Below are positions 31,201-39,529 of a stretch of DNA of 64,000 nt, piece after piece. Each line of letters begins with the position of its first letter. Positions within the stretch are counted from its first letter, which is position 1. A model generated the notes under the pieces. The model had not been told where the DNA came from. It did no database searches and saw nothing but the letters and a program-made list of their open reading frames with translations. A program made the position numbers and the translations under genes. The DNA lies in contig NZ_DASWTE010000056.1 in assembly GCF_036402295.1 (NCBI RefSeq), forward strand, positions 3,513 through 67,512. The letters run 5' to 3'. This DNA is from Phenylobacterium sp. (GTDB lineage Bacteria; Pseudomonadota; Alphaproteobacteria; Caulobacterales; Caulobacteraceae).

Positions 31201-33065
31201 TCCTTGATCTCGGCGAAGACCAGGTCGGCCCCGCGCGGGTCCTCGATCTCGAAGTCGTGCACCCAGACCGCGTCGCGGCCCCCATTCGGGGTGTCAGTTG
31301 GATTGATGGCGAACCCGGCCTCGGCCAGCGCCTTCAGCCCCATGTTCTCCAGGATCGGCAGCACATCGGCCAGCGCCGCCGGCACGGCCCGCCGGTAGAG
31401 CTTGAAGCGGAAGCTGAGCGGGCCGTCGGCCCGCGTGCGGTAGGCGCGCACGCAGATCGACTGGTCGGCCGTGAAGCCGTCGATGACCGCCACGTCCTCC
31501 AGAGCCTCGGCGGCGTCGAAGCGGTCGCGGTAGCCGGCCGGGAAGGCGTCGCGATAGCGGGCCACCACGTCGCCCACGGCGTCGGGCTCGCGCCCGCTGC
31601 CACGCACGGCGGCGTCGAATCGATCCTCCCAGGTCCGGGCGGCTTCGGTGATCTCGGCTTCCAGACGCCGCAGGTCCGGGACCTTGTGGTGGCCTGGGGT
31701 GAACCCGATGATGTAGTGCACGCGCGCCAGCGGCGTGTCGTTGAAGCTTGGGTAGTAGGCCGACAGCCGGCCGCCATAGGCCTCGGTGAGCAGCTCGCCC
31801 GCCTTCTTGCGCAGATCGGAATCGTAGCGGTCGCGCGGCACGAACAGCAGGACGGACGCGAAACGGTCGAACGGGTCCTTCCGCTCGAAAAGCTTGACGC
31901 GGGGGCGGTCGGCCAGGTGCAGGATGCCCAGCGCGATCTCCAGCAGCTCGTCCTCGCTGATCTGGAAAAGCTCGTCGCGCGGGTGGTTCTCGACGATGTT
32001 CTTGAGGCGCTTCTCGTTGTAGCTCCCCGGCGCCGCGCCGGCGCGGGCCAGAACCCGGGCCACCTTGTCGCGCACCAGGGGCACCACGCCAGCCGGCTGG
32101 TCGTAGGCCTCGGCCGTGAACAGGCCCACGAAGCGGACCTCGCCGCTGGGCCGGCCGTCGTCGCCGTACCGCTTGACGCCGACATAGTCCATGTAGCCTC
32201 GCCGGTGGACCCGGCTGCGCACGTTCGACTTGGCGATCGTCAGCGCGGGGTCGCGCACGATGCGGTCCTTCATGGCCGCCATCAGCACGGCCGGCTCATT
32301 GGCGCGGCGCAGGACAGTGCGCTCGGGATCGCGGAGCACGCCCAGGCCGTCCTTGGCCTGATAGAGCGGCTCCTCCGGCGCATACTCGCCGCTCTTCAGC
32401 TTCGGGTACTCGTAGACCCGGGCGCCCAGGAACACGAAGTGCTCCGCCCGTAACCACTTCAGGAACCCCACCTCGTCGGGGCGCGCCTTGCCCGAGCTCT
32501 CCAGTTCGGCGACGGTCTTGCCCATAAGCTCCAGCATCGCCGGGAAGTCCTCGACCGCCTGGCGCACGTCGGACAGCGTGGCTTTCACACCCTCGATCAG
32601 CGCCTTCTCGCGGTCGGGGCCGATCGGCTCCAGCAGCACCTCGATCATCGACTCGCGCCGTGCGCTCCCCGTGCCGCCGCGCAAGCCCGCGCGGTCGCGT
32701 TGCACGTCGACGATGGGATGGAACATGGCGCGCACCGACAGGCCCTGGTCGGCGATTTCGCCCATGACGCTGTCCACCAGGAAGGGCGCGTCGTCCTGCA
32801 CGATCTCCAGCCGGTCGAGGTCGGCGCCGTCGACCGGCGCGATGCGCAGTTGCGGCCCGCGGCCGCGTCGCCGCTCGGCGAAGCGCCAGAAGTCGGCCAG
32901 GGTGCGCGCGAGCTCGGCGCTGCCAAGCTCGGGCAGCTCTTCGGGCTGGGCGTCGGCGGCCGCCTGCTTGGCGAACGCCTTGGCGGCCACGGCGGCAGGA
33001 TCGTTCTTGAGTTCGGTCTGCAGGGTCCTGGCCAGGCCGGCGCCGGTGCGGGGAGAGCGGCTCAT
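28203..33065 (-). CDS. gdhZ: Large NAD-specific glutamate dehydrogenase (GdhZ/GdhB type)
   Basis: ARGGLRWSDR, KAQQVKNAVIVP, VVAADKGTATFSD, GDMSGDVFGNG; 1620 aa from ATG 33065. Confidence 0.95.
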   Translation of the reverse strand: MSRSPRTGAGLARTLQTELKNDPAAVAAKAFAKQAAADAQPEELPELGSAELARTLADFWRFAERRRGRGPQLRIAPVDGADLDRLEIVQDDAPFLVDSVMGEIADQGLSVRAMFHPIVDVQRDRAGLRGGTGSARRESMIEVLLEPIGPDREKALIEGVKATLSDVRQAVEDFPAMLELMGKTVAELESSGKARPDEVGFLKWLRAEHFVFLGARVYEYPKLKSGEYAPEEPLYQAKDGLGVLRDPERTVLRRANEPAVLMAAMKDRIVRDPALTIAKSNVRSRVHRRGYMDYVGVKRYGDDGRPSGEVRFVGLFTAEAYDQPAGVVPLVRDKVARVLARAGAAPGSYNEKRLKNIVENHPRDELFQISEDELLEIALGILHLADRPRVKLFERKDPFDRFASVLLFVPRDRYDSDLRKKAGELLTEAYGGRLSAYYPSFNDTPLARVHYIIGFTPGHHKVPDLRRLEAEITEAARTWEDRFDAAVRGSGREPDAVGDVVARYRDAFPAGYRDRFDAAEALEDVAVIDGFTADQSICVRAYRTRADGPLSFRFKLYRRAVPAALADVLPILENMGLKALAEAGFAINPTDTPNGGRDAVWVHDFEIEDPRGADLVFAEIKDAFEDAVVAVWTGRTENDGFNRLVMELSIPWRDAALVRALARYRQQSGLDPSQRSQEQALSNHPGVTRLILDLFRIKFDPAIAAEVPERKAQAAAVMDEVVEALQLVESLDDDRVLRRLALLVGAIQRTNFYQRAGDGSVKPYISFKVASGELADLPAPKPFREIFVWSTQVEGVHLRFGPVARGGLRWSDRRDDFRTEVLGLVKAQQVKNAVIVPVGSKGGFYPKQLPKGGSPDAVRTEAIAAYKVFLSGLLDITDNLDAKGKVIPPQSVVAHDGDDPYLVVAADKGTATFSDIANGVAESYGFWLGDAFASGGSVGYDHKVMGITARGAWEAVKRHFREMGKDIQSEPFTVVGCGDMSGDVFGNGMLLSRFIRLQAAFDHRDIFIDPDPDPAKSYAERERMFALPRSSWQDYDKKKISKGGGVFSRSLKSIPLSPQVRALLGTEAEALAPTEVINLILKTPAELLYLGGIGTYVKAKGESHLEVGDKANDAVRVNGEDLRVQVVGEGANLGLTQAGRIEFAAKGGRVETDAIDNSAGVDSSDHEVNIKITTGILERQGKLTRAQRNKLLPTMTDDVARHVLVHNYDQTLALSLLELDTVGELAPHARFMSELEHAGRLDRAVEGLPDALEISERLKAGKGLYRPELAVLLAYGKLELKRDIVADRATEDPFFEGRLEAYFPKPLRKYKDAILSHRLRPEIIATVIANDMINRCGPSFPSRTMTSAGCDVTALTAGYEAAKLVLDFETLWSQVEALDLKIPSAGQMALFRRLVSGVRGATFWLARRSGREGLTVAELTERYAPGFKALHSLLPDILSKAERAAVDAQVTRLIDAGAPVKMAEAAAVLGPLTNAVDLVDMAEASSWSLPNVARLYYATGAVFAFDRLRAAAGEFRAGDIFERTALRRLIEDLLSEQTQLTRAIMAFAGGSQAGDDAVSAKSAVSAWAALRPDLSRAATRTVEEIETGGGGWTFAKLTIANAALRELAAEAASGRKRRAG

Positions 33066-33104
33066 TTGGCCGCTCCCCAAACAGCGCAAGAACTCCACGC
33101 GAGT

Positions 33105-33205
33105 ACGCCGCCGGAGGAGAGTGTCCGGCGGCGTGTGGTTCCACCGTGGGGGAGCGGCGGAACGCGGGGTGCTCGCTGCGCCCGTGGGGTTGGGGAACGG
33201 ACGCA
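33105..33205 (-). ncRNA. Candidate structured RNA: three stem-loops with C-rich loops (sRNA or gdhZ leader)
   Basis: Stems at 33177-33205, 33139-33162, 33105-33134; two G-U pairs only possible on the minus strand; loops UCCCCAACCCC, CUCCCCCA, CACUCUCC. Confidence 0.6.
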
Positions 33206-33261
33206 CCTGCCAGGCGACTCTGTCGTCCAGCCAACATTAGATAGGTAGGCGGGCATGGAAT

Positions 33262-34416
33262 TTAAGTCCCGGATCGCAAGTTCTTTGAGCGGCGTTTGGG
33301 GGCGGTCGAGGGCTGATCTTCGACCCCGGCCTCGTCCGGGGCGCGCTCGGTCTGGCGCTTCAGCTCGCCGGGGTCGCCGTTCTCGCTGAGGATCACGGCG
33401 ATCCAGCGCGACCCCGGGAACTGGGCCAGGATCACCATCATCACGGTGGTCAGCGGGGTCGACAGGAAGGCCCCGGTCAGGCCCCAGACCACGCTCCAGA
33501 AGGCCAGCGCCAGCAGGAGCACGATGGGATCGATGTTCAGGCTCTGGCCCTGCATGCGCGGCAGGATCACGTTGCCCACGAAGGTGGTGATCGCCTGCAG
33601 CACCACGAACAGGGCGATCGCCTGCCACAGGGTGTCGAACTGCAGGAGCGCGAAGATCGGCGGCGCGGCCACCGCGACGATGCCGCCCACCACCGGGATG
33701 TACGAGGCGAAGAAGATCAGGATCGCCCAGAACAGCGCGTTGTCGAGGCCGACCACGGCCATGACGATCCACGAGGCCCCGGCGATCATCAGGCCGGTGA
33801 CGGTCTGCACCCACAGGTACTGCTCCACACCGTTGCGGATGCGCGTGAATGCGGCGGTCGCCTCCTGGCGCTCCTCGCGGGAGGAGAACAGGTGGATGAC
33901 CTTGCGTTCCCAGCCCCTCCGCGAGGCCAGGATGAAGCCCAGGTAGACCAGCACGAAGGCCGCGGTGGAGAGGAAGTCCTGCAGCCCGCGGGCGATCTGG
34001 CCCAGGTAGCTGGCCGGGTTCAGCTGGCGCACAAGCTGGGTCAGCGACGGCGGCGCCTCCATACCGATCAGCCCGGCGACGCGGGCGATCAGGTCGTTCA
34101 GCTTCGGCGTGTAGGCGACGAGCTGGCTGCCGAACGCGGCGGCGTTGTCGGCGATGAAGAAGGCCGCCCCGCCGAACATCGCCACCGATAGGACGATGGC
34201 GAGCGGCGTGGCGAACCGGCGCGAGACCACGGGCACCCGCGCCTCGAGCACGCGGGCGAACCCATCGATCATCACCGCCAGGAAGATGGCCAGCGCCAGC
34301 GGCGTCAGGATGTCGGCCAGCACGTAGAGCACCACCCCGCCCGCGATCGTCGCGAGGATGATCAGTGCGTTGCGCGAGACCGGGTCGGCGGCCAGCGAAT
34401 GTCGTCCAGCGGGCAT
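33262..34416 (-). CDS. AI-2E (UPF0118) family transporter
   Basis: LTPLALAIFLA, FFASYIPVVG, WGLTGAFLSTPLT. Confidence 0.92.
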   Translation of the reverse strand: MPAGRHSLAADPVSRNALIILATIAGGVVLYVLADILTPLALAIFLAVMIDGFARVLEARVPVVSRRFATPLAIVLSVAMFGGAAFFIADNAAAFGSQLVAYTPKLNDLIARVAGLIGMEAPPSLTQLVRQLNPASYLGQIARGLQDFLSTAAFVLVYLGFILASRRGWERKVIHLFSSREERQEATAAFTRIRNGVEQYLWVQTVTGLMIAGASWIVMAVVGLDNALFWAILIFFASYIPVVGGIVAVAAPPIFALLQFDTLWQAIALFVVLQAITTFVGNVILPRMQGQSLNIDPIVLLLALAFWSVVWGLTGAFLSTPLTTVMMVILAQFPGSRWIAVILSENGDPGELKRQTERAPDEAGVEDQPSTAPKRRSKNLRSGT

Positions 34417-34596
34417 GCGCGCTTTCGGGGGAAGCTCGGCGGCAATGTCGGCGGCGTCGGCGCCGCCGTCAAATCGGGCGTGCTCTACCCGGGTTTATTG
34501 CGGATTGGGAGCGCCTTTGCCCTGCCGACGCCGATTTTCAGCACGAACCGTCGCCAAATCGTCACGCTCGGGGTGCGTCAGCGCCGAAATTGATTC

Positions 34597-34686
34597 AACC
34601 ACAGAAAACACAGAAGAACACGGAAGAGAGCCGGACGAACTCCGGGCGCTCAGTCCCCTTCTGTGTTTTCCGTGTTTTCCGTGGTT
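34597..34686. repeat. Periodic palindrome, copy B (CACAGAA/CACGGAA variant)
   Basis: AACCACAGAAAACACAGAAGAACACGGAA...TTCTGTGTTTTCCGTGTTTTCCGTGGTT. Confidence 0.8.
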
Positions 34687-34726
34687 CAAAAGACAGCGCC
34701 TGCGGCGCGAAGCGGAGTGGCTGGGC

Positions 34727-36232
34727 ATGAGCGACAACGGCGTCCTGATCGGGTTTTCGGACCATCCCGAGCAGCTCCTGCTCCACCGGGCCAACCGCCA
34801 CGGCCTCGTGGCCGGCGCGACCGGCACCGGCAAGACGGTGACCCTGCAGGTAATCGCCCAGGGGCTGTCCGACGCCGGCGTTCCGGTGTTCTGCGCCGAC
34901 GTGAAGGGCGACCTCTCGGGCATCGCCGTCGCCGGCACACCCAACGAGAAGATGCTGGCCCGCGCCCAGGCGATGAACCTGACGATCAACCCGATGGCCG
35001 CGCCCACCGTCTTCTGGGACCTGTTCGGCGAGCAGGGCCACCCGATCCGCGCCACGGTCTCCGAGATGGGGCCGCTGCTGCTATCGCGGATCCTCGAGCT
35101 GAACGACGTGCAGGAGGGCGTGCTCTCGGTCGTCTTCCGCGCCGCCGACGAAGAGGGCCTGCTGCTCCTCGACCTCAAGGACCTGCGCGCGGCGCTGGCC
35201 TACGGCGTCGAGAACGCCAAGGCGCTCTCGGCCCAGTATGGCAACATCTCGCCGACCACCATCGCCACCATCCAGCGCAAGCTCCTTGTGCTGGAGGACC
35301 AGGGCGGCGCCAACATCTTCGGCGAGCCGGCGCTGCAGCTCTCGGACCTGATGCGCACAGACGGCTCGGGCCGCGGCTTCGTCAGCGTGCTGGCGGCCAA
35401 CAAGCTGATCTCGACGCCCCGGCTCTACGCCACCTTCCTGCTCTGGCTGATGAGCGAGCTCTTCGAGGAGCTGCCGGAGGTGGGCGACCCCGAGAAACCG
35501 CGGCTGGTGTTCTTCTTCGACGAGGCGCACCTGCTGTTCCGCGACGCGCCCTCCTCGCTGCTGGAGAAGGTCGAGCAGGTGGTGCGGCTGATCCGCTCGA
35601 AGGGCGTCGGCGTCTACTTCGTCACCCAGAACCCGGCCGACATCCCCGACACCGTGCTGGGCCAGCTCGGCAATCGCGTGCAGCACGCCCTGCGCGCCTA
35701 CACGCCCGCCGAACAGCGCGGCCTGAAGGCGGCCAGCGAGAGCTTCCGCCCCAATCCGGCCTTCGACACCGCCGAGGCGATCCAGGGGCTGGGGGTCGGC
35801 GAGGCGCTGGTCTCGGTGCTGGACGAGAAGGGCGCGCCCACGGTGGTGCAGAAGACGCTGATCCGGCCGCCGGTCTCGCGCCTGGGGCCGATCACTCCGC
35901 CCGAGCGGACCAGCATCATGGGCGCGAGCCCGGTGCGCGGCCTCTACGACGAGGTGAAGGACCGGGAGTCGGCCTACGAGATGCTGGCCGCCCGCGCCCA
36001 GCAGGCGGCCACTGAGCCGGCTGGGGCGCCGGCCCGCGACGCCGGCTGGGCCGACGCCGCGCCGCCAGAGCCCCGCCGCGCGCCGCGCGCCTCCAACCGC
36101 CAGGGCATGGGCGAGGCCTTCGCCAAGTCGATGCTGCGCACCATCGGCAGTCAGGTCGGCCGCGAGCTCATCCGCGGTGTCCTCGGCGGCCTCATGGGCG
36201 CCAGCCGCCCAACGCGCCGCAGGCGCTATTAG
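34727..36232 (+). CDS. HerA-like ATPase (DUF853/YjgR family)
   Basis: ANRHGLVAGATGTGKT, FFFDEAHLLF, LIRSKGVGVYFVTQNP. Confidence 0.93.
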   Translation: MSDNGVLIGFSDHPEQLLLHRANRHGLVAGATGTGKTVTLQVIAQGLSDAGVPVFCADVKGDLSGIAVAGTPNEKMLARAQAMNLTINPMAAPTVFWDLFGEQGHPIRATVSEMGPLLLSRILELNDVQEGVLSVVFRAADEEGLLLLDLKDLRAALAYGVENAKALSAQYGNISPTTIATIQRKLLVLEDQGGANIFGEPALQLSDLMRTDGSGRGFVSVLAANKLISTPRLYATFLLWLMSELFEELPEVGDPEKPRLVFFFDEAHLLFRDAPSSLLEKVEQVVRLIRSKGVGVYFVTQNPADIPDTVLGQLGNRVQHALRAYTPAEQRGLKAASESFRPNPAFDTAEAIQGLGVGEALVSVLDEKGAPTVVQKTLIRPPVSRLGPITPPERTSIMGASPVRGLYDEVKDRESAYEMLAARAQQAATEPAGAPARDAGWADAAPPEPRRAPRASNRQGMGEAFAKSMLRTIGSQVGRELIRGVLGGLMGASRPTRRRRY

Positions 36233-36233
36233 A

Positions 36234-36306
36234 GAACCGCGGAAAACGCGGAAGGACGCGGAATCGAAGCTGCGCCTTCCGCGCTATTCCGCGAATTCCG
36301 CGGTTC
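36234..36306. repeat. Periodic palindrome, copy C
   Basis: GAACCGCGGAAAACGCGGAAGGACGCGGAA...TTCCGCGCTATTCCGCGAATTCCGCGGTTC. Confidence 0.82.
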
Positions 36307-36317
36307 CATAGATAAGA

Positions 36318-36341
36318 GAGCCTCCGCTTGCGCGGAGGCTC
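36318..36341. terminator. Perfect 10-bp hairpin, probable terminator of the minus-strand SDR
   Basis: GAGCCTCCGC-ttgc-GCGGAGGCTC followed on the minus strand by TCTTAT. Confidence 0.6.
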
Positions 36342-36366
36342 GCCAGTCTCGTCGATGCGGTTCGTC

Positions 36367-37146
<780 letters not shown>

Positions 37147-37200
37147 GGACGCCGAGCTCCCATATGATGGCGTAAGTAAAATCGGCGAAGGCTTAGCGCC

Positions 37201-37614
37201 ATGAGCGCCCCGGAAAAAGCGTCACCTGACGTCACCTTCGATCCCGAGAAGGAGATCGAGCCCAGCCGCGCGCTGGTGCCGTCGGTGATGAAGCTGAACG
37301 AGCAGCGCGTGGACCTGGGCTTCTGGCCCAAGATCCGCCGCGTCGCCGCGCAGATCCCGTTCGCCAAGGAGGCTCTGAGCGTCTGGTACTGCGCCAAGGA
37401 CGACGATACGCCCATCGCGGCCAAGGGGATGATGCTGGCGGCGCTGGCCTACTTCGTCCTGCCGGTCGACGCGATCCCCGACTTCATCGCCGGCCTCGGC
37501 TACACCGACGACGCGGCGGTGTTCACGGCGCTCATGGCCATCATCGGCCGCAACCTGAAGCCCAAGCACAAGCTCGCGGCGAAGCGGGATATCGAGCGGC
37601 TGCGGGGGGAGTGA
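37201..37614 (+). CDS. YkvA/DUF1232 family membrane protein
   Basis: ALAYFVLPVDAIPDFIAGLGYTDD. Confidence 0.92.
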   Translation: MSAPEKASPDVTFDPEKEIEPSRALVPSVMKLNEQRVDLGFWPKIRRVAAQIPFAKEALSVWYCAKDDDTPIAAKGMMLAALAYFVLPVDAIPDFIAGLGYTDDAAVFTALMAIIGRNLKPKHKLAAKRDIERLRGE

Positions 37615-37621
37615 GGGCGGG

Positions 37622-38542
37622 CTACTGGCTGTCGGGCGTCGCGCTGAGCTTCGCCGACCTTGCCAACTGCTGCTCGCGGATGGTGATGAACAGGGTCGAG
37701 GCGACCACGACGCCGGCGCCGGCCATCGTCCACACGTTCGGGAGCTCGTGGAAGATCAGAAAGCCGGCGGCGACGGTGAACACCAGGCGGGTGTAGTCGA
37801 TGGGCGCCATGGCCGCGGCGTCGCCGGCCTGCATGCCCTTGATGTAGCAGGCCTGGGTGATGGTCCCGAGCACGCCCATCAGGCAGAGCAGGGCCAGGTC
37901 CTCAGGGTCGGGCCAGCGCCAGGAGATGAAGGCGCCGGGGATCGCGAAGATGAAGCCCAGCGTCGCGGCCCAGACCAGCAGCACGGTCGGCGAGTGGTCG
38001 CGGGTCATCACCTTCATGCCCGTGATGGTGAGCGCGAAGAGGAACGAGGCGGTCAGCATGGCCAGCGCCGGCAGGCCCAGGGCGAACTCGCCGCCTGCGC
38101 CCGGCCGCACCATCAAGAGCACGCCCAGGAAGCCCACCACTGCGGCCCCGATCCGCAGGGGACCCACCGTTTCGCGGACCACGAAGGCCGCCAGCGGAAC
38201 CAGCCAGAGCGTGCGGGTGAAGGAGAGCGCGTTGGCGTCGGCCAGCGGCATCTCCTGGAAGGCGTAGAACGACAGGATCATCCCCAGCGTGCCCGCCGCC
38301 GAGCGGAAGAACAGGATCCCCGGCCGGGTCGTGGCGTAGGCCGCCTTCCCGCGCCGCAGGATGATCGGCAGCAGGATCACCAGGCCGGCGGCCTGGCGGT
38401 AGAAGGTCTGCAGGGTGGCGGGGTAGTCGTCGCCGAGGAACTTGATCAGCACGGTCATGGCCGTGAAGCCCAGCGCCGAGCCCAGCATCCAAAGCGCGCC
38501 CCGCAGGTTATCGGTCGCGCGCGGGGCGGCCGTTTCGGTCAC
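37622..38542 (-). CDS. DMT/EamA family transporter
   Basis: About 10 TM helices, MPLADANALSF, APIDYTRL; GTG start overlapping the upstream stop. Confidence 0.9.
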   Translation of the reverse strand: MTETAAPRATDNLRGALWMLGSALGFTAMTVLIKFLGDDYPATLQTFYRQAAGLVILLPIILRRGKAAYATTRPGILFFRSAAGTLGMILSFYAFQEMPLADANALSFTRTLWLVPLAAFVVRETVGPLRIGAAVVGFLGVLLMVRPGAGGEFALGLPALAMLTASFLFALTITGMKVMTRDHSPTVLLVWAATLGFIFAIPGAFISWRWPDPEDLALLCLMGVLGTITQACYIKGMQAGDAAAMAPIDYTRLVFTVAAGFLIFHELPNVWTMAGAGVVVASTLFITIREQQLARSAKLSATPDSQ

Positions 38543-39399
38543 GTCTCTTGCGGCTGGGGCGCGAAGGCGTCGCCGAACAGCTCGGCGAAGGGCGAGGGGC
38601 CGCTCTGGTCCCAGCTGTGCCGCGAGCCCACGGTGATGCCGCCGTCGACCACCAGGTGCGTGCCGGTCACGAACGCCGAGGCGTCCGAGGCCAGGTAGAG
38701 CGCCGCCTGGGCGATGTCGTCGGGCAGTCCGGGCTTCGGCACCGGCTGCACCTTGGCGGCGTGCTCGGCGACCCGGGCGGCCATCTGGTCGGCGACGGCG
38801 CGCGGCAGCCCCAGCGAGGCGCCGAAGATCGAGGTGGCGATGAGGCCGGGGCAGATGGCGTTCACCCGGATCTTTTGCGGCGAAAGCTGCGCCGCCGCCA
38901 CCCGCGTCATGTGGATCACCGCCGCCTTGGCCGACGAATAGGCGATCGGGCCCCAGCCGGCCTGCAGGCCCGCGATCGAGGCGGTGTTGACGATCGCGCC
39001 GCCGCCGCGCGCCAGCATCAGCGGCACGGCGTGCTTCATGCCCAACGCCGGCCCACGCACCAGCACGTCGTAGATCCAGCTCCACGTCTCGGCCTCGATG
39101 GACACGAGCTCGCGCATGCCGTCCGAGATGCCGGCGTTGTTGAAGAGGATGTCGAGGCCGCCGAACTCGTCCGCCGCGAGCTTGAGCGCCGCGGCGATCT
39201 CGGCCTCCTTCGTTACGTCGCAGTGGGCGTAGCGGACCTTGCCCGGGAAGCGCCGCTCCAGCATCGCCCCCTTCTCGTCCTGGATGTCGGCGGCCACCAC
39301 CTTGGCGCCCTCGGCGACGAACAGCTCCAGGGTCCCCAGGCCGATGCCCGAGACCCCGCCGGTGATCACCGCGACCTTGCCCTCGAGCCGCCCCGCCAT
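38539..39399 (-). CDS. Short-chain dehydrogenase/reductase
   Basis: TGGVSGIG, FNNAG, YSSAK. Confidence 0.92.
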   Translation of the reverse strand: MAGRLEGKVAVITGGVSGIGLGTLELFVAEGAKVVAADIQDEKGAMLERRFPGKVRYAHCDVTKEAEIAAALKLAADEFGGLDILFNNAGISDGMRELVSIEAETWSWIYDVLVRGPALGMKHAVPLMLARGGGAIVNTASIAGLQAGWGPIAYSSAKAAVIHMTRVAAAQLSPQKIRVNAICPGLIATSIFGASLGLPRAVADQMAARVAEHAAKVQPVPKPGLPDDIAQAALYLASDASAFVTGTHLVVDGGITVGSRHSWDQSGPSPFAELFGDAFAPQPQET

Positions 39400-39529
39400 C
39401 GCATCCCCCTCTCGTTGGTTATCGGCGATAACTAGGCGGCGACCCGCGGCCCTGTCACCCATTTCTTGGCGCCGCGCCCCTCGGAAGCGCGAACGAAATC
39501 TTCAGGGCTTGCGGGCTAGGTCATGGGCC

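Noticed and set aside
27853-32453. Long alternative-frame ORFs (1086 aa, 899 aa) overlapping gdhZ
   Set aside because: R/G/P-rich off-frame or antisense products without RBS or independent codon bias, unlike the nested ORF at 48814.
34727-36232. HerA-like ATPase as part of an anti-phage system
   Set aside because: It is the common stand-alone DUF853/YjgR type with no adjacent nuclease or SIR2 partner.
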